DNA of 64,000 bases, from assembly GCA_964492155.1 (NCBI GenBank), contig CAZBJD010000001.1, positions 5,729 through 69,728 on the forward strand, in the 5' to 3' direction. A program made the translations under genes and the position numbers. The stretch is from an uncultured Eubacteriales bacterium (GTDB lineage Bacteria > Bacillota > Clostridia > RGIG6154). The notes beneath the pieces are model-generated. The model was not told the DNA's origin. It saw only the letters and a program-made list of their open reading frames with translations, and did no database searches. This document shows, one piece after another, positions 38,002 to 48,200 of the stretch; position 1 is the first letter of the stretch; every line of letters starts with the position of its first letter.

Positions 38002-38669
38002 TGAAAATTGCTATTGATGGGCCATCCGGGGCCGGCAAAAGTACAATCTCAAAATGTGTAGCAAAAAAATTTGGCTTTGTATATATTGATACCGGTGCTA
38101 TGTATCGAACTATCGGTTTATATGCTCTCAATAACAACCTTGATACAAAACGCGATATTTCACAGATAATTGCCTTGCTTGACGGTCTAAAAATTGATAT
38201 ATCACTTGATACAGCAGGTCAAAGAATGTTTTTGAACGATGAGGATGTCACTGATAAAATCCGTACTCCCGAGGTTTCAATGGCTGCATCGGATGTTGCC
38301 GCTATTCCCGAAGTAAGAATTAAGCTTGTCGAGCTGCAAAGAAATCTTGCAAAAGGAAAAAATGTTGTTATGGATGGCAGAGATATTGCAACTTATGTTT
38401 TGCCTGATGCTGAAATTAAAATTTTTCTTACAGCTTCTGCCGAGAGCAGAGCACAACGCAGATATGATGAATTGATTGATAAAGGCATCAAAACTACATT
38501 TGAGCAAGTCCTTCAAGATGTGATTAACAGAGACACTAATGACAGCAAAAGAGAATTTAGTCCTTTGCGTATTGATGAGTCTGCCAAGGTTATAGACACT
38601 ACAGGTAACACGCTGGACGAATCTATTAGTGTTGTTGAAAAATATATTATGCAAGAAATGGTAAAGTAA
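38001..38669 (+). CDS. cmk: Cytidylate kinase.
   Basis: MKIAIDGPSGAGKST P-loop. AGGAGG 6 nt upstream. Confidence 0.9.
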   Translation: MKIAIDGPSGAGKSTISKCVAKKFGFVYIDTGAMYRTIGLYALNNNLDTKRDISQIIALLDGLKIDISLDTAGQRMFLNDEDVTDKIRTPEVSMAASDVAAIPEVRIKLVELQRNLAKGKNVVMDGRDIATYVLPDAEIKIFLTASAESRAQRRYDELIDKGIKTTFEQVLQDVINRDTNDSKREFSPLRIDESAKVIDTTGNTLDESISVVEKYIMQEMVK

Positions 38670-39245
38670 ATGTTTAGAAAGTTTATTGTATGTGTTGTTG
38701 ATTTGTTTTTAAAATTTATATACAAAGTGAATGTTATAGGTGAGGAAAATCTGGAGATTGACGGAGGGTATGTATTAACTGCCAACCACAGAAGTAATTG
38801 GGATGTTGTTGTATTATATGTCTTATTAAAAAGGCAACTTAATTTTATGGCAAAAGCTGAATTGTTTGAAAACGCATTTGCCGGATGGTTCCTGAAAAAA
38901 TTCGGCGCTTTTCCTGTGAAAAGAAATTCAAATGATATCAATGCCATTAAACAGGCAATACATATTTTGAATGATAATAAAATTTTAGCTATTTTTCCTC
39001 AAGGAAAACGTAGCAGCGATTTAAATGTCGATGATGCAAAAGCAGGTGCCGTTTTACTTGCTTCAAGATGTCAAAAGCCGATAGTTCCCATTGCTATTAC
39101 CGGTGAATATAAATTCAGAAGTAAGATTAATATCATTATCGGTGATCCTATGTATTTTGAAGGTCGTAAGCTTTCTCAGGATGAATTAAATCAAAACACC
39201 GTAAATGTTATGCAAAGAATTAAGGAGCTGTCAGAATTGTTATGA
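38670..39245 (+). CDS. plsC: 1-acyl-sn-glycerol-3-phosphate acyltransferase.
   Basis: HxxxxD motif (ANHRSNWD) and PQG(K/T)R. Confidence 0.85.
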   Translation: MFRKFIVCVVDLFLKFIYKVNVIGEENLEIDGGYVLTANHRSNWDVVVLYVLLKRQLNFMAKAELFENAFAGWFLKKFGAFPVKRNSNDINAIKQAIHILNDNKILAIFPQGKRSSDLNVDDAKAGAVLLASRCQKPIVPIAITGEYKFRSKINIIIGDPMYFEGRKLSQDELNQNTVNVMQRIKELSELL

Positions 39246-41191
39246 AAATAATTGTTGCTGAAACTGCCGGTTTTTGCTATGGTGTAAACAGAGCTGTTAA
39301 TATGCTCAATGATGAAATTTCCAAATCTGACAACCTTAAGACATACGGACCTATTATTCATAACTCTGCTGTTGTTGATTCTTTTTCTGCACGTGGCGTC
39401 GAAGTTATCAGTAGTGTGGATGAAATATCACCTGATGACACTGTTTTAATTCGTTCTCATGGCATTTCTAAATTTGAAATGGAAGAAATAAGTAAGCGGG
39501 CAAAAAAAATAATTGATGCAACTTGTCCTTTTGTAAAAAAAATTCATAATGTAGTTGAAAAATATTATAATTTAGGGTATAATATATTTGTTGTGGGTGA
39601 CATAACTCATCCCGAAGTGTTGGGAATACTCGGTTGGTGTGATAATAATGCAACAGTTTTATCTGATTTGAAAGATATTCCCAAAGAGATTTCTTCACTT
39701 GATAATGTTTGCGTTGTTTCACAGACAACATTTGAACGACGTAAATGGGAAGAAATATCTAAAAAAATTCTGCAATCCAAGCATGATTCCGTTATTGTAG
39801 ATACCGTATGTAACGCGACTTTGGACAGGCAGAACGAAGCTATAAATTTATCCGAAATCTGTGACGCTGTTGTTGTTATAGGCGACAACAAGAGTTCAAA
39901 CAGCAAACGCTTAGCTAATGTTGCTGAAAAGAAATGCGCTAACGTTTTCTTTATTCAAAACAAAAATGAATTATTGTTTAATTCGGATAAATTTGATGTT
40001 GTTGGTGTTACTGCAGGTGCTTCAACACCTGCGTGCATAATAAAGGAGGTAGTAAACATGTTAGAAGAAAAAGAAATGAATTTTGAGGAGGCAATTGAAA
40101 GCACTTTAAAACCTTTAAATACAGGGGATATTGTTAAGGGTACTGTTATTAAAATAACACCTACTGAAGTGTATGTTGGACTTGACGCAAAAGCTGATGG
40201 TATTATTCCTGCTGATCAGGTTACAATTAAACCTAACGTAAACATCGAAGATGTTTTATCAGTGGGACAGGAAATTGAAGCATTCGTTGTTCGTGTTAAC
40301 GATATGGAAGGTTATGTTACCCTCTCAATGAGAAAGCTTGAATCTATTGCTGCACAGCGTGAAATTAATGAAGCTTTTGAAAACAAGACCCCTATTAGCG
40401 GTATTGTTACAGAAGTTGTAAAGAGCGGCATTATTGTTGTGGCCTTGGGAACCAAGGTTTTTGTCCCGGCTTCTCTTGCTACTGAAAGATATTCAGAAGA
40501 TTTGTCATCAATGATTGGTCAGGAAGTTACTTTACGTCTTATCGATTTCGATAGAAGAAGACGCAAAGTTGTAGGCTCTATTAAGGAATTGTTACTCGAA
40601 GAAAGAAGAAGAAAGTCTGAAGCTTTCTGGAGCACAATTGAAGAAGGACAGACAATCAAGGGTGTTGTTAAGTCAATTACCAATTTTGGTGTATTTGTTG
40701 ATATTGGCGGTGTTGATGGTTTAGTACATATTACCGAACTTTCATGGAAACACATCAAGCATCCTTCTGAAGTTGTTAATGTTGGTGACATCATTGAAGT
40801 TACCGTATTAAGCTTCGATAAAGAAACGAAGAGAATTTCTTTGGGTCACAAGAAAGCTGAAGATAATCCATGGAATAAAGTAATTGAAACAATTCACGAA
40901 GGAGATATCGTTGATTGTAAAATAGTAAGACTTCTTCCGTTTGGTGCATTTGCCGAAATCATTCCGGGTGTTGATGGCTTGATTCACATTTCACAGATTG
41001 CAAATAAACGTATTGCAAAGCCTGCTGACGTGCTTGAACTTGGACAGGAAGTACAGGCTAAAGTTGTTGATATCAATGCAGAAACTCAGAAGATTGGCTT
41101 AAGTATGCGTGCTCTCATTGAAGAAGAAACTGTGGCAGCAGAAGAAATTCCTGCTCAAAATGAAGAAGAAGTAATTTCTGAAGAAGAATAA
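39242..41191 (+). CDS. ispH: Bifunctional IspH (HMBPP reductase) / ribosomal protein S1-domain fusion.
   Basis: N-terminal LytB fold (MKIIVAETAGFCYGV…), then four S1 repeats (…GVFVDIGGVDGLVHISE…). Confidence 0.85.
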   Translation: MKIIVAETAGFCYGVNRAVNMLNDEISKSDNLKTYGPIIHNSAVVDSFSARGVEVISSVDEISPDDTVLIRSHGISKFEMEEISKRAKKIIDATCPFVKKIHNVVEKYYNLGYNIFVVGDITHPEVLGILGWCDNNATVLSDLKDIPKEISSLDNVCVVSQTTFERRKWEEISKKILQSKHDSVIVDTVCNATLDRQNEAINLSEICDAVVVIGDNKSSNSKRLANVAEKKCANVFFIQNKNELLFNSDKFDVVGVTAGASTPACIIKEVVNMLEEKEMNFEEAIESTLKPLNTGDIVKGTVIKITPTEVYVGLDAKADGIIPADQVTIKPNVNIEDVLSVGQEIEAFVVRVNDMEGYVTLSMRKLESIAAQREINEAFENKTPISGIVTEVVKSGIIVVALGTKVFVPASLATERYSEDLSSMIGQEVTLRLIDFDRRRRKVVGSIKELLLEERRRKSEAFWSTIEEGQTIKGVVKSITNFGVFVDIGGVDGLVHITELSWKHIKHPSEVVNVGDIIEVTVLSFDKETKRISLGHKKAEDNPWNKVIETIHEGDIVDCKIVRLLPFGAFAEIIPGVDGLIHISQIANKRIAKPADVLELGQEVQAKVVDINAETQKIGLSMRALIEEETVAAEEIPAQNEEEVISEEE

Positions 41192-41211
41192 TAAAAAGAA
41201 TTTAAATAGTA

Positions 41212-41240
41212 TGGGTGGGTTTTTACCCGCCCAACTTTTT
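41212..41240 (+). terminator. Intrinsic terminator.
   Basis: tgggtgggt-tttt-acccgccca followed by a T-run. Confidence 0.6.
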
Positions 41241-41269
41241 AAATAATTAATAGTTGGAATGGTGTTAGT

Positions 41270-42508
41270 ATGAGTATTATCAGAGATATTAATTTACATG
41301 AACATGGCAGAATGAAAATAGATTGGGTAAAGAAAAATATGCCTCTTTTAAATAACATTGAAAAAGATTTTTCTGACTCGCAATGTTTAAAAGGTATTAA
41401 AATAGCAATGTGTATACATGTAGAAGCAAAAACTGCATATTTGGCTGAAGTGCTGAAAGCTGCGGGTGCCGAAGTAAGACTTACCGGATGTAATCCGCTT
41501 TCTACACAAGATGATGTTGCAGCTGCTCTTGTTAAAAACGGTCTTGAAGTTTTTGCATGGCATAATGCTACTGAAGAAGAATATAACTATCATTTAAGAA
41601 AAACTTTGGAATTCAATCCTAATATTTTTCTTGATGATGGAGGAGATATAACGAACTTTTTACACGATGAATTTTTAGATATGCAGGTGTGGGGGGGGAG
41701 TGAGGAAACCACTACCGGTATTCACAGACTTCGTTCACGAGAAAAAGCCGGAAAATTACGTTTCCCTGTTGTTTCGGTTAATGATGCCGATTGCAAGCAT
41801 CTTTTTGATAACAGATACGGAACCGGTCAATCAGTATGGAATGCTATTAATAAAACTACCAATCTGATTGTTGCCGGCAAAAACGTTGTAATTGCCGGAT
41901 ATGGTTGGTGCGGCAAAGGATGTGCTATGAGAGCAAAAGGTCTTGGTGCAGATGTTATAGTTTGTGAAATAGATCCAATAAAAGCTATTGAAGCTGTCAT
42001 GGACGGATTTAAGGTTATGACAATGAATGAAGCGAGCAAAATTGGCGATATATTTGTTACTGTTACTGGCTGTGAGCGGGTTATTCATAAGGAACACTAC
42101 AAAAATATGAAGAACGGTGCAATTCTTTCAAATGCCGGTCATTTCGATGTAGAAGTTAACATCCCTGAGTTGGAAGAAATGGCTGTTGAAATTAAATGTG
42201 TCAGAGATAATGTTATGGGATATAAAATGCCGGATGGCAGATGGATTAATGTTTTGGCTGAAGGTCGCCTTGTCAATCTTGCCTCAGGCGATGGTCATCC
42301 CGCTGAAATAATGGATATGAGTTTTGCTATACAGGCACTTACAATGAAATATATTGCTGAGCACCACAACGAAATGACAAATATGGTATATGAGGTTCCG
42401 GCAGAACTTGATAGCTATGTTGCAAATCTTAAATTATCCACTATGGGGATAAGTATTGACAAACTTACTAAAGAGCAAGAAGAATATTTAAATTCTGCAG
42501 AGCACTAA
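41270..42508 (+). CDS. ahcY: Adenosylhomocysteinase (short archaeal/clostridial type).
   Basis: 412 aa. NAD-binding GYGWCGKGCA and conserved catalytic blocks. Confidence 0.9.
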   Translation: MSIIRDINLHEHGRMKIDWVKKNMPLLNNIEKDFSDSQCLKGIKIAMCIHVEAKTAYLAEVLKAAGAEVRLTGCNPLSTQDDVAAALVKNGLEVFAWHNATEEEYNYHLRKTLEFNPNIFLDDGGDITNFLHDEFLDMQVWGGSEETTTGIHRLRSREKAGKLRFPVVSVNDADCKHLFDNRYGTGQSVWNAINKTTNLIVAGKNVVIAGYGWCGKGCAMRAKGLGADVIVCEIDPIKAIEAVMDGFKVMTMNEASKIGDIFVTVTGCERVIHKEHYKNMKNGAILSNAGHFDVEVNIPELEEMAVEIKCVRDNVMGYKMPDGRWINVLAEGRLVNLASGDGHPAEIMDMSFAIQALTMKYIAEHHNEMTNMVYEVPAELDSYVANLKLSTMGISIDKLTKEQEEYLNSAEH

Positions 42509-42526
42509 TTTGAATGGAGAAATATT

Positions 42527-44839
42527 TTGATTATTTATGATATACCTGTACTTCCTTTGAGAGGAATTGTTGTTTTTCCCGGAATTCAGATACATTTTGA
42601 CGTTGAAAGAAAATCAACCATAGCTGCTATCAAAGAAGCGTTGAAAAATGAACAAATGGTTTTTTTAGTATCACAGAAAGATCCGGTCGTAGATAAACCT
42701 CTTTCCGATGATATATATTCCTGTGGTACTTTAGCAAAAATTTCGCATTTTCTCAAATCGTCAGAAAATACATATCGTGTTGTTGTAACCAGCTTATACA
42801 GAGTAAATGCCACTGATATAAAAAACACCAAAGGATTTTTAACATGTAATGTTGAAAAAACAAGCGTTACAAACGACTTTAACCTTGATATTCCTGAAGA
42901 TTTGCAAAAATACAGGGAATTAAGAAATAAATCTTATTTGTATTTCACTACTGCTAACAACAATGTACCGAATGTGGTGGCTAATTCATTTGACTCACAT
43001 AAGCCTTTGTTAAATATATGCGATAATATCAGTTCAAATCTTGTTATAGAGCACAATGAACTGCAGTCACTTCTGGATATTACAGATGTTAGAGAATTGT
43101 TTGGCAAGTTGATTGCTTTTTTAGACAGAGAAATCAGAATTAATGAAATTGAGTCGGAAATCCAAGGTAAAGTTAAACAAAAAATTGATAAAAATCAAAG
43201 AGAATATTATTTAAATGAACAGTTGAAAACAATCAAAAACGAGCTTGGGGATGCCGAAGATTTTGATAGCATATGTGATGAGTATTATGATAAAATCATT
43301 AATTTAAAATTGCCTGAAATCAGTGAAAAAAAATTAATTAAAGAAATAGACAGACTCAGCAATATGAATCTTCATTCCTCGGAAGCCGGAGTGATTATAT
43401 CTTATCTTGATTTAGTTTTGGATTTACCGTGGAATTATTCTACGAATGATAATCTTGATGTGAACAATGCAAAGAATATTCTTGATGAACATCATTTTGG
43501 TTTAAATGATGTTAAAGAGAGAATTTTAGAGTATATTGCAGTCAGACAACTTGGTGGAATTGGGAATGGAAATATAATATGTCTCGTGGGACCTCCCGGT
43601 GTAGGTAAAACTACTATTGCGGAATCTTTGGCAGCGGCACTTGGAAGAGTATACACAAGAATTTCATTGGGCGGTCTTAAGGATGAAAGTGAAATTCGCG
43701 GTCACAGGAAGACGTATATTGGAGCTATGCCCGGACGTATAATTAACGCATTTAAGCAAACTGAAGTTAACAATCCGTTAATTTTACTTGATGAAATCGA
43801 TAAAATTGCTTCTGATTTCAGAGGTGATCCGTCGTCTGCATTGCTTGAAGTTCTTGATAATGGACAAAACAAGGAATTTAAAGATAATTACCTGGAAATT
43901 CCTTTTGATATTTCTAATGCAATTTTTATCGCTACAGCTAATGATGTTTCATCTATTCCTTCGGCATTGATTGACAGAATGGACATTATTTCAATTCCCG
44001 GATATACTTTCGAAGAAAAATTGCAAATTGCAAAGCAGCACTTAATTCCCAATGAAATTTTCAAACATGCTATAAAAGGTGTATCTTTTGCAGATGACGC
44101 TTTGGAAAAAATAATACTTTCTTACACCAGAGAAGCAGGTGTTAGAAATCTCGACAGATGCATTCAAAAGATATGTCGTAAATGTGCGGTAAAAATCGTT
44201 GAAAGCAATTCAAAAAGGACAAAAATTACTGCAAATACTGTTAAAAAGTATTTGGGAACAGAGGCATATTCTAATTCTGACGTTTTATCATTAGATAAGT
44301 GCGGAATAGTAACAGGTCTTGCCTGGACACAATATGGCGGCGAGGTTCTTAATATTGAAGCAGTTTTGATGGAAGGCAAAGGGAAATTACAATTAACCGG
44401 CAATTTGGGTGAGGTAATGAAAGAATCAGCACAGATTGCTTTCTCATATGTTAAGTCCAACTGCAAAAAATATGGAATTGATATATCTCAAATTAATGAA
44501 AAAGATGTGCACATACACGTTCCTGAAGGTGCTGTACCCAAAGATGGACCATCCGCAGGCGTCACTATTGTTACTGCATTGATATCCGCTTTTACAGGTA
44601 AGCAGTTTAAACAAGGATTTGCTATGACCGGAGAGGTTTCTCTGACAGGGAAAGTTCTTCCTATTGGCGGATTAAGGGAAAAAAGTTTAGCGGCACTCCA
44701 AAATAATATTAACACTGTACTTATACCTTATGGTAATAAACGTAATCTTAATGATGTATCGGAAACCGTAAAACAAAAAATTAAATTTATTACTGTTAAT
44801 GATGTATCTGAGATTATAAAAATTGCGTTAAATTCATAA
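42527..44839 (+). CDS. lon: ATP-dependent Lon protease.
   Basis: GPPGVGKTT Walker A and the PKDGPSAGVTI catalytic Ser. TTG start. Confidence 0.9.
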   Translation: MIIYDIPVLPLRGIVVFPGIQIHFDVERKSTIAAIKEALKNEQMVFLVSQKDPVVDKPLSDDIYSCGTLAKISHFLKSSENTYRVVVTSLYRVNATDIKNTKGFLTCNVEKTSVTNDFNLDIPEDLQKYRELRNKSYLYFTTANNNVPNVVANSFDSHKPLLNICDNISSNLVIEHNELQSLLDITDVRELFGKLIAFLDREIRINEIESEIQGKVKQKIDKNQREYYLNEQLKTIKNELGDAEDFDSICDEYYDKIINLKLPEISEKKLIKEIDRLSNMNLHSSEAGVIISYLDLVLDLPWNYSTNDNLDVNNAKNILDEHHFGLNDVKERILEYIAVRQLGGIGNGNIICLVGPPGVGKTTIAESLAAALGRVYTRISLGGLKDESEIRGHRKTYIGAMPGRIINAFKQTEVNNPLILLDEIDKIASDFRGDPSSALLEVLDNGQNKEFKDNYLEIPFDISNAIFIATANDVSSIPSALIDRMDIISIPGYTFEEKLQIAKQHLIPNEIFKHAIKGVSFADDALEKIILSYTREAGVRNLDRCIQKICRKCAVKIVESNSKRTKITANTVKKYLGTEAYSNSDVLSLDKCGIVTGLAWTQYGGEVLNIEAVLMEGKGKLQLTGNLGEVMKESAQIAFSYVKSNCKKYGIDISQINEKDVHIHVPEGAVPKDGPSAGVTIVTALISAFTGKQFKQGFAMTGEVSLTGKVLPIGGLREKSLAALQNNINTVLIPYGNKRNLNDVSETVKQKIKFITVNDVSEIIKIALNS

Positions 44840-44858
44840 ATGGATTGGAGGTAATTAT

Positions 44859-45437
44859 GTGAATTTTCATTTAGCTCAATTTATTGTATCTGCTGTAAAA
44901 GATTCTCAATATCCCGTTGGGAATTTACCTGAAATAGCTATGGTTGGGCGTTCAAATGTTGGCAAATCTTCTTTAATTAACAAAGTTTTAAACAGGAAAA
45001 ATTTTGCAAGAACCAGTTCCAAACCCGGAAAAACTGCAACAATTAATTTTTACAATATAGATAAGAAATTAAACATTGTTGATTTGCCCGGATATGGATA
45101 TGCAAAAGTTTCCAAAAATGAACAAGCGGCATGGGCTGAAATGATTAACTATTATCTCGAAAATCGTCCCCAATTAAAAACAATTTTCTTACTGATTGAT
45201 GCACGGCATCTGCCTACAGATGATGATTTTATGATGTTGGAATGGATTGAACATTATAACATTGATTATTTTGTAATTGCTACCAAAACCGACAAACTGA
45301 AACCTTCACAAAAAAAGCAACAACTTGACGATATCTTTAACGCTTTAGGCGTAGAAGAAAGCAAATTTATCCCATTTTCCGCGGAAAATGGGGAAAACAA
45401 AGATAAAATTCTTTCAATTTTTTCTTCATACGAATAG
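44859..45437 (+). CDS. engB: Ribosome-biogenesis GTPase YsxC/EngB.
   Basis: GRSNVGKSSLIN. GTG start after GGAGGT. Conserved lon-ysxC arrangement. Confidence 0.9.
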   Translation: MNFHLAQFIVSAVKDSQYPVGNLPEIAMVGRSNVGKSSLINKVLNRKNFARTSSKPGKTATINFYNIDKKLNIVDLPGYGYAKVSKNEQAAWAEMINYYLENRPQLKTIFLLIDARHLPTDDDFMMLEWIEHYNIDYFVIATKTDKLKPSQKKQQLDDIFNALGVEESKFIPFSAENGENKDKILSIFSSYE

Positions 45438-45458
45438 ATTGCATATTGAGGTGATATT

Positions 45459-46109
45459 ATGAATTCAAACAAATTTTTTGTATATACTGTTGGATTAATC
45501 TTTCTTATTGCAGGTTTAGGCACAATTTTGGAAATGCTCAGCATTCCATTTTCTTCTATTATTTTGCTTTTAATCGGTGCTGCTTTTCTATGTTGTTACT
45601 ATAAATTCAATAATAATGTTTTTAAGTATTTATCTTGCTTTTTTATTCCTACCGGCATTTCATATTTAATAATTTCTGCGTTTAACGTTGTTGGTGGTGC
45701 TAACTTCCTTTTAATCTATTTTGCATTGGCGTGTGCCTTTTTACTTCTGTATCTTACTTCAAAACGGAAATTATTCATCTATATTTCTGTTGCTATCGCT
45801 TTTTTTGCACTGCATGTATTTACTGCAGCAACATCTTCGATGAGCGAACTACTAATCGGGTATGACTGCTTTTACATTGGAATTTTAGCTGTTATTGTAT
45901 TTATATTTGAAAATAAAAATTTAGGATATTTTCCTATATGGATATCAATAATTGCTTATTTATGCGGAATTTTAAACTTTTTAAGTTTTTATAATATTAT
46001 TGCTCCCGTGATTTTCAAACTATCTGTTTCACTTGTTTTGCTGTTAACCGGAGCCTCAATTATTTTATTTAACTTTTTAAAGTCCAGAAATCACCAAAAG
46101 GAGAATTAA
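45459..46109 (+). CDS. Polytopic membrane protein of unknown function.
   Basis: 216 aa with 6-7 predicted transmembrane helices. Confidence 0.45.
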   Translation: MNSNKFFVYTVGLIFLIAGLGTILEMLSIPFSSIILLLIGAAFLCCYYKFNNNVFKYLSCFFIPTGISYLIISAFNVVGGANFLLIYFALACAFLLLYLTSKRKLFIYISVAIAFFALHVFTAATSSMSELLIGYDCFYIGILAVIVFIFENKNLGYFPIWISIIAYLCGILNFLSFYNIIAPVIFKLSVSLVLLLTGASIILFNFLKSRNHQKEN

Positions 46110-46110
46110 A

Positions 46111-47379
46111 ATGAGCAAACAAATTAAAATTTCAGCCCCAAAAGGTACACATGATATTTTACCTGCTGATGTACATATTTGGCAATATGTAGAAAAATGT
46201 ATATATGACGTATGCAAAAATTTCGGTTATAATGAAATCAGATTTCCTGTTTTTGAACAAACTGATTTGTTTAACAGAGGAGTAGGAGATACTACGGATG
46301 TTGTGCAGAAGGAGATGTACACTTTTACAGATAAGGGTGACAGAAGTATCACACTTCGTCCTGAAGGTACTGCTTCAACTGTAAGAAGTTATCTTGAAAA
46401 CAATCTATACAATGCACCTGCTCCGGTCAAACTTTTCTATATTATTACTTGCTATCGCTACGAAAGACCTCAGGCGGGCAGATTTCGTGAATTCAGACAG
46501 TTTGGGGTGGAAAATTTTGGCAGTAGCAATCCCCGTACTGACACTGAAGTAATTTCTCTTGCTATGAGTTTATTAAAAAAACTTGGAATTGAAGATTTAA
46601 CACTTTATATAAATTCTATCGGTTGTGCAGAATGTCGTAAAAAATACAATGAACTTTTAAAAACGTACTTGTCGGAACATAGCAGTGAGCTTTGCGAGTT
46701 ATGCAATGACCGCATTGGACGAAATCCTCTCCGAGTGTTGGATTGTAAGAATGGCGATTGCAGAAATGTTATAAATTATGCTCCGACTGTTGATACGGTA
46801 TTGTGCGACGAATGCAAAAATCACTTTGAAACTTTAAAAAGTTCTTTAACTGATATTGGAATTGATTTTGTTGTAGACAATACCTTGGTTAGAGGTCTTG
46901 ATTATTACACAAAAACCGTATTTGAAATCAAATCTTCTGATCTTGGTGCACAATCAACTGTTTGCGGCGGCGGTAGATATGATGGCTTGGTGGAACAATT
47001 AGGTGGTTCATCAACTCCCGGAATTGGTTTTTCTGTTGGATTAGAACGTCTGATAGATGTTTTAACCAAAAAAGGTCTTTTACCTGAACCGCAGAATGAT
47101 ATTACGTTGTTTGTAGCTTCTATTGGTGAACTCGCTACTAATTTTGCATTTAAATTAGTTACACAATTAAGAAGATTAGGTGTTTCCGCTGAATTTGATC
47201 ATTTAAATCGTTCCGTAAAAGCACAATTAAAATATGCAGATAAATTAAATGCTAAATATAGCTTGGTACTTGGTGATGACGAAATTAAATCAGGTGTCGC
47301 TGTTATTAAAAATATGTATAGCGGTGAAAACAAAGAAATTAAGATAGATGAACTATCTGCCGAAACTTTAAACTTTTAA
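46111..47379 (+). CDS. hisS: Histidine--tRNA ligase.
   Basis: Class II aaRS motifs, HisRS N-terminal …GTHDILP…RPEGTAS…. Confidence 0.9.
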   Translation: MSKQIKISAPKGTHDILPADVHIWQYVEKCIYDVCKNFGYNEIRFPVFEQTDLFNRGVGDTTDVVQKEMYTFTDKGDRSITLRPEGTASTVRSYLENNLYNAPAPVKLFYIITCYRYERPQAGRFREFRQFGVENFGSSNPRTDTEVISLAMSLLKKLGIEDLTLYINSIGCAECRKKYNELLKTYLSEHSSELCELCNDRIGRNPLRVLDCKNGDCRNVINYAPTVDTVLCDECKNHFETLKSSLTDIGIDFVVDNTLVRGLDYYTKTVFEIKSSDLGAQSTVCGGGRYDGLVEQLGGSSTPGIGFSVGLERLIDVLTKKGLLPEPQNDITLFVASIGELATNFAFKLVTQLRRLGVSAEFDHLNRSVKAQLKYADKLNAKYSLVLGDDEIKSGVAVIKNMYSGENKEIKIDELSAETLNF

Positions 47380-47394
47380 TTGTTGGAGGTTTTT

Positions 47395-47730
47395 ATGAAA
47401 ATTACAGAGGTTAAAGAAATTTTAAATGCAGAAATTGTATGTGGCGAGGAGTTAATTGATGAAGAAGTATTTTCTGCATGCGGATGTGATCTTATGAGTG
47501 ATGTTCTTGCTTTTGTCAAAAATCAAGGGTTATTACTTACCGGATTAAATAATCCGCAGGTTGTCAGGACAGCTTTTATGATGGATATGAAAGCAATTGT
47601 GTTTGTCCGTGGTAAAAATCCTGACGATGAAGTAGTACAATTGGCAAAACTTAAAGATATTATCTTATTAAAGACTGATGAACGGTTATATGCAGCTTGC
47701 GGAAAGCTTTATAATGCAGGATTAGTTTAA
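47395..47730 (+). CDS. Small DRTGG-like domain protein.
   Basis: About 112 aa. ATG after TTGGAGG. Paralogous in outline to 49489-49818. Confidence 0.5.
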   Translation: MKITEVKEILNAEIVCGEELIDEEVFSACGCDLMSDVLAFVKNQGLLLTGLNNPQVVRTAFMMDMKAIVFVRGKNPDDEVVQLAKLKDIILLKTDERLYAACGKLYNAGLV

Positions 47731-47757
47731 TATCGTTGTCAGGGAAGAGGGATAAAT

Positions 47758-48189
47758 TTGGAAAACTCAAATTTGAAACTACACTATGATATTGATAAAA
47801 AAGATTTTATAAATGCTGGCGAGGCATCAAGTTCCGTGAAAAAAGTATTGAGGAAATTAGGTGTAAATCCTGATTGCATCCGAAATCTTGCCATTGCTAT
47901 GTATGAGGCTGAAATTAATATGGTTATTCATGCCAACGGCGGAACTATCGATGTTGAAATTTCCCCGGAATGCATCCATGTTGTTTTGGCAGATAGCGGT
48001 CCCGGGATATCCGATCTTAACCTTGCTATGCAGGAGGGATACTCTACTGCAGGCGATAGCGTTAGAGAGTTGGGTTTTGGAGCCGGGATGGGGTTGCCCA
48101 ATATTAAAAAATACGCTGATGATTTAAAAATTACTACTGAAATTGGTGTTGGTACCACTGTTGAAATCAAAGTAAACATTCCTTCTTAA
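47758..48189 (+). CDS. GHKL ATPase-like protein, anti-sigma regulatory factor (serine kinase) type.
   Basis: HATPase_c N/G-box-like (…EAEINMVIHANGG…DSGPGI…GFGAGMGLPNI…). No HisKA domain. Confidence 0.6.
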   Translation: MENSNLKLHYDIDKKDFINAGEASSSVKKVLRKLGVNPDCIRNLAIAMYEAEINMVIHANGGTIDVEISPECIHVVLADSGPGISDLNLAMQEGYSTAGDSVRELGFGAGMGLPNIKKYADDLKITTEIGVGTTVEIKVNIPS

Positions 48190-48200
48190 GATAGGAGAAT

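Noticed and set aside
41192-41269. A SAH or SAM riboswitch upstream of ahcY.
   Set aside because: The 78-nt gap is mostly occupied by the upstream terminator. It is too short, and it lacks the conserved riboswitch cores.
45438-46111. A T-box leader upstream of hisS.
   Set aside because: hisS starts 1 nt after the preceding membrane-protein gene. There is no leader to hold a specifier hairpin or antiterminator.
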